Assembly: GCA_965242695.1 (NCBI GenBank)
Contig: CBDESU010000002.1
Coordinates: 448,001 to 512,000 of the forward strand
Reading direction: 5' to 3'
Length of the DNA stretch: 64,000 nucleotides
Origin: Cenarchaeum sp.
GTDB taxonomy: Archaea > Thermoproteota > Nitrososphaeria > Nitrososphaerales > Nitrosopumilaceae
In this document: positions 52,001 to 61,096 of the stretch, piece after piece
How positions within the stretch are numbered: the first letter of the stretch is position 1
Layout: each line of letters opens with the position of its first letter
Notes under the pieces: model-generated
Databases searched by the model: none
Told to the model about the DNA's origin: nothing
Seen by the model: the letters and a program-made list of their open reading frames with translations, nothing else
Program-made: the position numbers and the translations under genes

Positions 52001-52273
52001 TGAGCCGTGCCGCCCCCTGCCCCTGTCCTGCCGCCCGATCGCACGGTGCCGCGGGCGCCTATGCTAGGCGTGTGCCCAGGAGCCGGCACGACTGCACGAC
52101 GCTGCGCGCGGTTCCGCGCCCGTGCCATGCTCATCGCGGGTATGCAGAGGATGCCGGGGCCGGAATAGCCGCCCGCGTGGCCTGCAGCGTCGGGCTTTGC
52201 CATGCTCGCCAAGCTGGGGCCGCCGTCGGCTACCGTTGCAGGCCCGCACTGGGCGGCCGTTCCCGGCGGGCGC

Positions 52274-53641
52274 CTAGAGTACATCCTTCAGCACCCCCTT
52301 GGTAGCGGCAATCCTAGCCGCGATCTCTTCCCTGTCCGGCTCTTCCCCGCCGAGGACCCGCCTTACGGCCTCGAACAGGACGCAGGAGGGAATGATGCAG
52401 ACGTCGTCGAGTTCCGCCTGCTCCAGCTGGTTCGGCTCTATCTTCATCCTGGCCTCCAGCGACCCGGGGTAGGGCCGCAGGCGGTGCTGGTTGGGGACAA
52501 AGATTCCCTTTGTCGCCCCTCCGCCGGCCGCGGCCCGCTGGTTGGCCCACCTCTTGCACTGGAGGATATGCCGCATCTGGGCTCCCCCGTCCGCGCCCTT
52601 GGCCTCGATGACGCCGCGCGGGTAGGGGGTGTCGCGGCCCATGCCAAGGGCCGCATCCGCCTCGTCGGCGCCCCCCATCGGCTCGATGTCGTCGAACCCC
52701 AGGGCCCTAAAGGCCTCCACGACGGCGTCCTCAAGCTCCCGGCCCCTCGAGTACAGCAGGCGGAAGTGCGATCGAATCCTGTCGCTTGCGGCCGCCAGCT
52801 TGTCAATCTCGCGCTGGATTTTGGTCTTGTCCTCTTCCAGCCTTCCCATCTGCGCCTCGCACTTCGCCAGCGGGGGAAACGCCACTTGTCCGGCCCATGC
52901 GGGAGGCAGCTCCGCGCACGGGGAGGCTTTCCCATAGACGGACAGAATCTTGCCGATTGCGGCGTCCATCGGCTCCGTGGGGGGCGGGAGAAGGACCAGG
53001 CGTCCCGCATCCGGATGCCATCCTCCGAACTGGCCGTTGCGAAGCATCGCTATGGACAGCGTCGACCCAAGATCGTGCCTAGAATTGTCCCTGATCCCCT
53101 GGCCCGTTATATGCGCGAGACCGGCATCGTGGTGCCTGCCGAGCAGTCTTGGGCTGATTTTGGGATGATAGGCCTCGATGTAGAATGAAAAGCTTTTGAT
53201 GCTGCGCGCGTATGCCTTGAAGTCGTGGCTGTCGTCCGTCATTATTCTGGTTCCGGTTGGGACCGGCACGGTCTTTATCGATAGGGGGAGAATGTGGTAG
53301 TTGGTATAGGGCGGAGGGGGCGGGGCGCCGCCAGGCGGCGAGGCGGCAGGCCTAGTCGAAAGGACGGGCTGGGTTATAGTGACAACGACCCCCCCGCTAA
53401 AGAGCCTGTCCTCAAGGAGCTTCCGGGCCTGATCCAGCTTTGCCCTGTCGATCCGGTCCATGACCTGCACGGTCAGTGTCGTTAGATCGACGACCAGCAC
53501 GTCCAAGTCGCTCAGGTTGGGAAACGGATCATCCCATCCGATGGACCTGTCTGCGTTTGGATGGCGGTTTCCCATGAGCCAGACCTGCGAATCCTGCGCG
53601 GCGGGGCGGCCGCCGGCATCGGGCGGCTCATGGCGCAGCAT
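52274..53641 (-). CDS. Coiled-coil + C-terminal restriction-endonuclease-like (PD-(D/E)xK) protein
   Basis: LLYSRGRELEDAVVEAFRALGF...EADAAL...VIEAKG...QCKRW. Start approximate. Confidence 0.7.
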   Translation of the reverse strand: MLRHEPPDAGGRPAAQDSQVWLMGNRHPNADRSIGWDDPFPNLSDLDVLVVDLTTLTVQVMDRIDRAKLDQARKLLEDRLFSGGVVVTITQPVLSTRPAASPPGGAPPPPPYTNYHILPLSIKTVPVPTGTRIMTDDSHDFKAYARSIKSFSFYIEAYHPKISPRLLGRHHDAGLAHITGQGIRDNSRHDLGSTLSIAMLRNGQFGGWHPDAGRLVLLPPPTEPMDAAIGKILSVYGKASPCAELPPAWAGQVAFPPLAKCEAQMGRLEEDKTKIQREIDKLAAASDRIRSHFRLLYSRGRELEDAVVEAFRALGFDDIEPMGGADEADAALGMGRDTPYPRGVIEAKGADGGAQMRHILQCKRWANQRAAAGGGATKGIFVPNQHRLRPYPGSLEARMKIEPNQLEQAELDDVCIIPSCVLFEAVRRVLGGEEPDREEIAARIAATKGVLKDVL

Positions 53642-54310
53642 CCCGATCGCCTCCCGCACATCGCGCAAGGCGGCCCGCAGCCCCTGGTTCGTGTCGCCCT
53701 GCGCGCCTCGCAGGTGCCGCGCCTGGCGGCGGCGCCCCGCGGCCTCTCTTCCGGATGCCGAGCATTGCGCCGGCCGCCGCTCGGGCGCGGGGCGGCCGGG
53801 CCGGCATGTTGCACCGGGCCTGCAGATTCCGGCGCCGATGCGGCGCTGTGCGCCCCGCGAGACAGCGCTTGCGGCAGGCGGCAAGAGCGCCGAGGGCCGA
53901 CGCCATGACGGCAGGCGTTGGCGGCTCAGGCGCGTCCCGGCGCGCTGCGGCGGCGGCGGCATCAGCCGCGAGGCAGCGCCGTGATGCGCATCCGCCTCGC
54001 GCAAGTGCAGGTTGCTGTGGCAGCTGACATGCGATGCCCGGGCAAAAAGACAGCGCCGCATCTGGGCGGCCCGCCAGGCCCGCGGCTGCGCGGCTTTCGG
54101 GCCCGCGTCCCGCGGTTCCGATCGCCTCGCGCCCCGGGCCATAATTGGGATCGAGGCGAGCACAGTGCGCCTGATAGTCGCTAGCGGCCTTGAAGTCCGG
54201 CCTGTCGGCGCAGCGCCGGTTGGGCGCCGAATGCAGCCCCAGACCAAGCATGCCGCTGCCAAGTCTCCCCGTCGTGCGCGGGTTGCGCACGGTTGCGCGT
54301 GCCGCACATC

Positions 54311-54970
54311 TCATGTTCCGCCGCCCCCGCCGGTCGTTTCTTCAAGCAGCGCCATCACATTTGCCGTCTTGTCCCCGCCGGTGCCATAGTGCGTGGCCCT
54401 GAGCTTTTTGTCTCCCGGCTTGTCGACAATTGCCATGTGATTGGCAGCGAATTCCGTGACTGTCTCGGTGCAGTGCCTGCCCATGTAGACGTCCCCGCGT
54501 ATATGGTTGCACTTGTTCGTGGGCGAGCCGCATATGCCGCACTTTGTCTTTGCCAGGATGCTGAGGCTGTTGAATTGTTGCTGCGGAAACAGAGCCTTTT
54601 CCAAAACATCGAGACGGGCGGCAAGCTTGGAGGGCAGGTGATTCAAGGAAGAGTCTTCGTCGCGGCTCCAATTGGCAAAGTTCTGGGCCGCGACAAGCTG
54701 GTTCCATGCGGAGCCGGGCTTGCTCCTCTTTAGATCGCAAAACATCTGGATGGCTAGAATTGCGCCGGAACAGAGGTCTTCCGCGGCAAGCCAGAGGTTG
54801 GCCTTTTCCTCGTCCTGGTCTTCTATGAATGCCTCCTTTGTCGACTCTACGTCGAGCTTGAGCTTGTTGAGCACCTCAAGCTGTGCTTCAAGAACCCGCT
54901 CGTCCCGCGTGGCGTACAGGTACTGGTGCTGTTCGGCAAGCTTGTCGATCACGTCATCCAGGCCGAGCAT
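54311..54970 (-). CDS. Hypothetical protein with C-terminal CxxC-x5-CxH-x10-C metal-binding motif
   Basis: CGICGSPTNKCNHIRGDVYMGRHC. Starts 1 nt after the upstream stop. Confidence 0.7.
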   Translation of the reverse strand: MLGLDDVIDKLAEQHQYLYATRDERVLEAQLEVLNKLKLDVESTKEAFIEDQDEEKANLWLAAEDLCSGAILAIQMFCDLKRSKPGSAWNQLVAAQNFANWSRDEDSSLNHLPSKLAARLDVLEKALFPQQQFNSLSILAKTKCGICGSPTNKCNHIRGDVYMGRHCTETVTEFAANHMAIVDKPGDKKLRATHYGTGGDKTANVMALLEETTGGGGGT

Positions 54971-54971
54971 G

Positions 54972-55457
54972 TCACTTTACCCCCTCGACAAAGTCGCCGA
55001 ACCCCGCGATCGGGCCCTCGTACTCGGCGCTGACGTACCTGCCGCCCTCCGCCTTGGCTATCTTGCACCTGACGTTGCGTTGGTCCCTGTCCGGACCGTA
55101 CCGCGGCCTGCTTCGGAAATGATCAAGTATGATGCTTAGCGTCTGCGATACTATCTCGGGGCGGCGTTCTAGCACGTGCCTCGTGAATGCTAGAAGGGGC
55201 AGCGCTACAGACTCATAGCCCTGCTCGATCAGCTTTGAAGGATCGTCGTCGGCGCTCTCGAGCAGCGAGTACGGCAGGCCGGCCATCCTGAGCAGCTTTA
55301 CGACCAGATCGTAGTCGGCCGCGTACGCAGCCTCGGCGGCCGACTCCATGCTCTCGAAGTTTAAGGGAAGTATCCACACGGCATCGGGGACGGCCAGGCC
55401 AAGCTCGCCCGCCCTGTGCTCTACGTCTATGTATGCCTCACCCTGGACCGTCTTCAC
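54972..55457 (-). CDS. Hypothetical protein, co-oriented partner of 54311..54970
   Basis: 161-aa ORF with GTG start and TTTATCAA about 23-30 nt upstream. Confidence 0.65.
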   Translation of the reverse strand: MKTVQGEAYIDVEHRAGELGLAVPDAVWILPLNFESMESAAEAAYAADYDLVVKLLRMAGLPYSLLESADDDPSKLIEQGYESVALPLLAFTRHVLERRPEIVSQTLSIILDHFRSRPRYGPDRDQRNVRCKIAKAEGGRYVSAEYEGPIAGFGDFVEGVK

Positions 55458-55505
55458 GCATTGGCAAGCCGGCCGGCCCTTGATAAACTTTCAGCATGTA
55501 GGGGC

Positions 55506-55605
55506 CGCGGAGGATCGGCGTGCGTCAAGGCGCGACCGGGGCGGCTTGGCTCGGCGGGCGGGCGGGGGCGGGCGCCGCGCGGAGGATCGGCGTGCGTCAA
55601 GGCGC
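55506..55605. repeat. 28-bp direct repeat (CGCGGAGGATCGGCGTGCGTCAAGGCGC) x2 in divergent intergenic region
   Basis: Copies at 55506-55533 and 55578-55605. Confidence 0.85.
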
Positions 55606-55608
55606 CCC

Positions 55609-56049
55609 ATGGCCAGAGAGGGGAAGAGGTGCGCATAGTGCGGCTCAAGGGACATTAATGCCGGCAAGCGGGCGGGGCTCAAGTTGATGCTGAGCAGATT
55701 GGCAGCCGCGTGGGCATCCCCGGACGAGCCAGAGGTGGCAGTGCGCCCAAAAAACGAAGTGTCGTGCGCCGCCTGCAAGGCCTCCTATACGGTGCAGACG
55801 ATCGGCAACGAAAAGACGCGCGCGCTGCCGGGGACCACCGGGATCCACGAGGTTGCACTGGCCAACTTTACAGACATGTTTGCCGGGCACACGCTTGACG
55901 AGCTAGGCCGCTCGGCTACTGCCGCCGTGCAGCCAGACGCGGACGCCCTCCACATATTTTTTGCGCTAGACGGCAAGAGGGCCTGCCGTGGGTGCGGAAG
56001 GGTCGACGGGCGCTTCGTGGCCGCGTCCGTAGAGGGGGCTGACGGGTGA
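55609..56049 (+). pseudogene. Zn-ribbon protein, cassette copy 3, with in-frame TAG at codon 10
   Basis: ATG 55609 reads MAREGKRCA*CGS...VSCAAC...RALPG...LHIFFALDG, in frame with track ORF 55684..56049. CxxC spacing resembles copies 1 and 2. Confidence 0.65.
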
Positions 56050-56416
56050 TCCAAATGGCCAAGTATGGCGTCCAAAGCATGGGAAACGGAGCCTTTAGGC
56101 TCCCCGACGGATCCATAGCGTACACAATGGAGAGGGCCGTGGAAGAGCAGAAAAAGATCAAGCCCGTCGAGTACACGGCATCGGACCTGATCCTGCTCCT
56201 GCTGCCGTCGCAAGACAAGCCCATCGTCGGCCGAACGCTGCTCTTCAAGGAGTTGTTTATCCTCAAAAAGGAGGTGCCTGCCGAAGAGGATGTCGAGGAC
56301 TGCAAGTTCGTCCCGCACTGCTACGGGCCGTACAGCTTTTACATGGCGTTCAAGGTCCGCGAGATGTCGGGGATGGGGCTGATCGAGGTATCGGGGGCGG
56401 GTGGGACCGCGGCGTA

Positions 56417-57980
56417 TAGGGGTTCTACTAAAGTTGACAAGAATTGACCAGGTGTCAAGATCTCTTCACCCCTGTGGTGGTATAGCAGGGACGACAGAGT
56501 AGGGCATGGGGCGAAAGGGATCGATTCCAGTGGGCAAGGGCTTCATGCCTGGCACGAGCGCCCACAAGCTCAAGCGCCTTGCCAACAAGGAGATGGACGC
56601 GCTGACGGCCAAGAGGTACATGGCCGCGTACCACCGCAAGAAGGGCAGGTCGTTCAACGAGATAGCCGGGATGGTCCTTGCATCGTACGACGCGGTCAGG
56701 GACTGGCTGGTGAAGATGCACAAGGGGGGCCTGAAGGCGGCCCCGCGGGGCAAGAGCCCCGGCAGGCGCCGATCAATTCCGCTCGAGATCCGCTGGGAGT
56801 TGATCATGGATGTCTTCATGGGGCCGCAGGCGGCCGGCTACAAGGCCAACGTGTGGACGTTCAAGCTCCTGCACGACCATCTTGAGAAAAAGTACAAGGT
56901 GAAGATAGCATACTCGACGGCCGCAAAGAACTTCAAGGAGATGGGCATACGGCTCAAGGTGCCCCGCCCCGCACACCCAAAGGCGGCGAGCCTCGAGGAG
57001 CGGCTCGCCTTCCAGGCGGAGGCGCGCGCCAGGATCAAGGAGGCCGCCGCAGCCGGCTACCATACGGTCTTCATCGACGAGGGCCATGCGCAGGGCTACA
57101 AGAACGGGCGCGAGTCGGCGGGGCTGAGGGGGGTCGAGATCGTGCGCACGTCGAGCGTCGGGCGCGCACGCCTGAGCTTCTTCGTAGCCGTCGGCTACGG
57201 GTGGGTCTTCGTCATGGAGTGCCCCGGCCGGGCCAACAGCGAGGCGTACACGAGGTTCCTTGACAGGGTCAGCGCCCTAGTCGGCAAGATTCAGACCATA
57301 GACGACAACGCCGGATACCACACCTCGGACAGGTCCAGCGACCACATCCGGGACAACGCGGACCGCCTGAGGCGCATACCCACGCTTCCTTACACGCCCA
57401 ACGACAACGTCGCCGAGCCGCAGATCCGCGGCATAAAGACCGCCATGTCCAACGTAGGGCTCGACAGCGTCGGGGCCATAAGCGGCGAGCTCGGGTGGTG
57501 CTTTGAGAGCGACCTAGTCGTCCCGGTCGAGTTCTACGACTATGCGACTGCGGTCGACGCGCCGCAGATCAGCCCCCGCAAGGCGGCGGGGATCAAGAAA
57601 AGGCTCAGGCCGGGAGAGCACTTTGCGTACGTGCAGAGGAGAATGCCGGAAGAGGAGATCCCCCTGCCGACCATCGAAGAGATTCAAGCGAAGGAGGACA
57701 AGATACTCCCTCCGGAAAAGCGCGCAAAGTTGCCCCCTGTGCTGGCCAATTCGAACATTCCTGCCAACTTTCTTGCGAGGCTTCCCCCGATATTGCTTGA
57801 GGAATAAAGTGGCATGCCCCGCCTGCGATAAATGTTGCACTTGTGCCGCGCTGCGGAATAACAATTCACGATACAATTGTTTTGTGTAACTATTTTGTGT
57901 AACTGTTTTCTGTGACTTTTTTTCGACCTTAATTGCATGCAATCTTCAATACGTTTTCGTGAACTCAGATAGAACCCCTA
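56417..57980 (+). mobile_element. IS630-family insertion sequence
   Basis: Imperfect terminal inverted repeats TAGGGGTTCTActaaAGTTgAC / GTgAACTcagaTAGAACCCCTA, with duplicated TA at 56415-16 and 57981-82. Confidence 0.9.
56506..57807 (+). CDS. IS630-family transposase
   Basis: HTH region, VPRPAHPKA, VFIDE, DDNAGYH and LPYTPNDNVAE (DDE triad). Confidence 0.9.
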   Translation: MGRKGSIPVGKGFMPGTSAHKLKRLANKEMDALTAKRYMAAYHRKKGRSFNEIAGMVLASYDAVRDWLVKMHKGGLKAAPRGKSPGRRRSIPLEIRWELIMDVFMGPQAAGYKANVWTFKLLHDHLEKKYKVKIAYSTAAKNFKEMGIRLKVPRPAHPKAASLEERLAFQAEARARIKEAAAAGYHTVFIDEGHAQGYKNGRESAGLRGVEIVRTSSVGRARLSFFVAVGYGWVFVMECPGRANSEAYTRFLDRVSALVGKIQTIDDNAGYHTSDRSSDHIRDNADRLRRIPTLPYTPNDNVAEPQIRGIKTAMSNVGLDSVGAISGELGWCFESDLVVPVEFYDYATAVDAPQISPRKAAGIKKRLRPGEHFAYVQRRMPEEEIPLPTIEEIQAKEDKILPPEKRAKLPPVLANSNIPANFLARLPPILLEE

Positions 57981-58046
57981 TACGCCCCGACCCGAAAGGG
58001 GCTCAAAAGGGCAGGGGCGAGGCGCCGGGCCGCGCCCGCCGGCCCG

Positions 58047-59678
58047 GGGGGTTATGCGTATTGGAACCCGGCGATCGCACCCAGAGGAAAATCTCGACCC
58101 GAAACTGGAATTTTGATCGAGTGAAGATCCGGGCGCCAGAAATTGCACCTCCGTCGGGCCGTGGCTCAAAAAACCTTGACTTCTTGTCAATCGGATTTCA
58201 CCCGCCCCGTCTTAGGCGGCGGCCGGGCAACGCCGGCGATGGAGCAGTGCCTGATCGATCCCGAGGTCCTAAAGGTGTACGAGGAGGTCGTCCCCGAGTC
58301 GTGGTTCGAGGCGGATCCGAATCACATCGCGAATATCGGCACTGCGAGGTACAAGAAGTTCCTCAAGGACGCCGACGAGCGGCTTGCCCTGATGATGGAG
58401 GGGTGCAAGGATCCCAAGCTGTGCGGGCAACGCGCCCGGCGCGTCTCGCGGGACGGGACGCTGCGCGACGAGTCGTGGCTGCACGGCGCGACGGGACTGG
58501 ACCACGCCATGTTCTTCTACATCGTCGCCTGCTTCGAGCACGAGATCGAGACCACGCCCGACGTGCCCCTCTTCCGCCACGGCCTTGACCCCGAGAGGGC
58601 ATCCGACCGTGGCAACCGCTGCATCCTGGCCGCGGAGCACATGGTGTGCATGACCCTGTACCACATCTGGACGGGCTGCTCGCAGGAGTCGCTGCAGGGC
58701 ATGTTCTGGATCGACCAGACGACGGCCTCAAGGAACATCCGGCTGGTCAGGGGCATCATGGCCAACTCCGGCATGCTTCCGACCGACCTGGGCCTCATGG
58801 ACGAGCTCAGATCCTTCACCAAGGAAAAGGTCCAGGAGTACGTGGGCAACGTCCTGCTCGTCGACTTGACGCACTACGACATCGAAGATCCCGTCGACAA
58901 GGAGTCCAACAAGGAGGCATACTCGCACAAGGCCGGCACGACCACCTGCAAGTCGGTGCACGCATGCGCCAAGCGGGGCCTGGTCGTCCTCAGCGGCGAG
59001 CTGGAGGGAGGGCGGGGCAGCGAGATAGAGTACCTGCGCCGCCACTTTCCAGACGTGGGAGTCCTGACGGCATCCCTTACGAGCCCCGACACGCCGGCGG
59101 CCGAGCGCACCTCGGTCTACATCGACAACGGCCCCCAGGGGATCAAGGAGCTGCTCAAGGGCGCCAACGTCCTGATGCCGCACCGGAAGCCGATCGGGGG
59201 CGAGCTGACGGAGGAGCAGAAGGCCTACAACTCGCAGCTGGCCGCCGAGCGGGCCCCGGTCGAGAACAGGTTTGCCGAGATAAAGCAGAACAAGATACTC
59301 GCCCACGAGTTCCGCGGCTCGGTCGAGGACCTTCGCGAGACCCGCACCGTCTGCATCGGCTTCGTCAACCTGAAGCTGATAATGAGGGGTGCAGACGGGT
59401 TCGTCCCCGACACCCACGCCAAGGAGTCGGCAGGCGGGCCCGGGCCGCCGGGGCCGCATGGCCGCAAGCCGCGGCAGACGTTCCCGTACCTCGCCAAAGA
59501 GTGACCGCCGCCGCGCTGATCACCGAAAAAGGGCGAATTTCGTGCCTTTTTCGGGCGGCGGCGCGGCATTCGGGCGAGTTTCGGACATCTGGCTGCGCAT
59601 ACTTCGTCGTTTCGCGTTTTGTTTTTCGAGTTTCACAGTGGCAAGGGCGATCGCGGGCATGCAATACGCATAACCCCC
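58047..59678 (+). mobile_element. IS5-family (ISL2/Harbinger-like) insertion sequence
   Basis: 17-bp perfect TIR GGGGGTTATGCGTATTG / CAATACGCATAACCCCC and 3-bp TSD CCG at 58044-46 and 59679-81. Confidence 0.9.
58239..59504 (+). CDS. DDE_Tnp_4-type transposase
   Basis: LLVDLT..IEDP, AYSHKAG, YIDNG.QG and PHRKP...LTEEQKAYN...ERAPVENRFAEIK. Confidence 0.88.
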   Translation: MEQCLIDPEVLKVYEEVVPESWFEADPNHIANIGTARYKKFLKDADERLALMMEGCKDPKLCGQRARRVSRDGTLRDESWLHGATGLDHAMFFYIVACFEHEIETTPDVPLFRHGLDPERASDRGNRCILAAEHMVCMTLYHIWTGCSQESLQGMFWIDQTTASRNIRLVRGIMANSGMLPTDLGLMDELRSFTKEKVQEYVGNVLLVDLTHYDIEDPVDKESNKEAYSHKAGTTTCKSVHACAKRGLVVLSGELEGGRGSEIEYLRRHFPDVGVLTASLTSPDTPAAERTSVYIDNGPQGIKELLKGANVLMPHRKPIGGELTEEQKAYNSQLAAERAPVENRFAEIKQNKILAHEFRGSVEDLRETRTVCIGFVNLKLIMRGADGFVPDTHAKESAGGPGPPGPHGRKPRQTFPYLAKE

Positions 59679-59833
59679 CCGGATGCCAGGATGCGAAAGT
59701 TCCGCAAGGGCCTGGGCCAGCGCGGGGCCACGCATATACTGGGGGCCATATGCCGCAGGGCCGAGTGCGCCGAGTACGTGGTAAAGTCCGGGGTGGCGCA
59801 CCGCTACAAGGCCATCACATGGGGGCGCGGGGT

Positions 59834-61096
59834 GTGACGTTCGAGGTCCGGGTCAGGTCGGTGGACCAAGAGTCGCCGTACGCGTACCCCTCAAGGAGTG
59901 TCGAGATAGCCACCAGCTCGGGCAAGGTGACAACCCCGGACAGGGCGGCCACGCTCTACGAGTACAACAAAAAGGCGTCCGTGCCCACCAACGTGCCCCT
60001 AGACAACGACGTGAGCCTGGCCGTAAAGAGGCCGAATGCGGCCACGCTTGCAAGGTTTCTCGGGGAAAACGGCGTGGCGCGGCGGTGGGGAAGGGAGATG
60101 AGGGGCGCCGCCAGGAGGATGTCATACTCGGCGCTCAGTGCGTACCTGGTCCAGCCGACGACCGCCGACATGCCGGCGAGGAAGAAGGGCGGAAAGGAGG
60201 TTGCGCCGGCCGTGCCCTCTGGCACAAGCTACCTGAGATCCAGCCCCGAAAAGATGGAGGTCTTTTTGCGCATTCTGCTCCGGCTGCAGGTCGACGCCGG
60301 CCTCGGCGTCGTCGCCGTGCCGTACCTCGGGCTGCCCCTGTCGGAGTACAAGAGGACGGTCAGGAAAGTCTGCAAGGCCGCCGCCGGCCTCGGCGCCGAA
60401 CCCATGGTTGCCTTTGACCTAGAGTACCAGAAGGGGGGCAGCGGGTTCAAGGAGGCCATGTCGTTCCTGGTGCGGGACATGGGCGTCAGGCTGGTCGCGT
60501 TCCCTGGCCGCTCGTACGCTGGCGCCCCCGTGTCGTACGACGCGCTGGCAGGGTACGCCGAGTCCGACGTGGCGTTCGTCTCGTTCGACACCGACAGGCC
60601 GTACCAGAGGCTCAACCCCCTCTCCAAGATGCACGCGTTCCCGTTCATCGGCACAGACATCTACGCCATAGGGACGCCGCGGTTCGTGCCAGGGGCGGCC
60701 GAAGCGGGCCCCGGCGGCGCCGGCGCGGGCGGCTCTGGCGGCGCCGGCGCTGGATCTGCCCTTGACAGCGTGAAGTTCTTTGAGCCGTCTAGCCTGACGA
60801 TCCGGCCGTCGGCCGAGCGGGTGGGGGATCCGGCCGCCCTGCTAGACGAGATCGGCGAGCGGGGCAACGCGCAGCTGCGCGGCATGCTCGAGGAATACGA
60901 GTCGGCCCGGGACAATCCCGACAAGGCCGCCGCCCTCTCGTCGCTCTCTAGGGTGCACGAGCTGGTGTCGAGCACCGCCGAGTTCGGAAGCCTCAGGGAC
61001 TGGATCAGAAAGGGCGAGACAGCAGAATACGTCAAGGAAAAGCCAAGGCTGGAGACGACCCTGGCGGATCTAGAACAAAAGCGGAAGGGGCGCTGA
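59834..61096 (+). CDS. Divergent TGT-like/TIM-barrel-like protein, 420 aa
   Basis: GTG start overlapping the wHTH stop (GTGA). N-terminal RSVEIATSSGKVTTP resembles the TGT N-terminal hairpin, and MHAFPFIGTDIY follows later. Canonical DSG and Zn motifs are absent, so the CDS is firm but the fold call is weak. Confidence 0.55.
   Translation: MTFEVRVRSVDQESPYAYPSRSVEIATSSGKVTTPDRAATLYEYNKKASVPTNVPLDNDVSLAVKRPNAATLARFLGENGVARRWGREMRGAARRMSYSALSAYLVQPTTADMPARKKGGKEVAPAVPSGTSYLRSSPEKMEVFLRILLRLQVDAGLGVVAVPYLGLPLSEYKRTVRKVCKAAAGLGAEPMVAFDLEYQKGGSGFKEAMSFLVRDMGVRLVAFPGRSYAGAPVSYDALAGYAESDVAFVSFDTDRPYQRLNPLSKMHAFPFIGTDIYAIGTPRFVPGAAEAGPGGAGAGGSGGAGAGSALDSVKFFEPSSLTIRPSAERVGDPAALLDEIGERGNAQLRGMLEEYESARDNPDKAAALSSLSRVHELVSSTAEFGSLRDWIRKGETAEYVKEKPRLETTLADLEQKRKGR

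Larger units (their letters stand above)
56046..59837 (+). pseudogene. Stand-alone SocA/DUF4065/YwgA-like winged-helix gene split by two IS elements
   Basis: Segments 56046-56416, 57983-58046 and 59682-59837 join in frame (591 nt, 196 aa): DLILLLL..DKPIVGRTLLFKELFIL..FVPHCYGPYS..AAYAPTRKG..PAGPDARMRKFRKG..EYVVKS. Confidence 0.8.

Noticed and set aside
55636-55638. Pyrrolysine or programmed amber readthrough
   Set aside because: No pyl genes are visible, TAG is used as a normal stop by many genes here, and the adjacent gene is also inactivated.
58646-59833. 816-aa ORF as a single protein fused to transposase-region sequence
   Set aside because: The first ~396 codons are an alternate frame of the IS5-like transposase and the wHTH tail. 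The plausible gene starts at GTG 59834.
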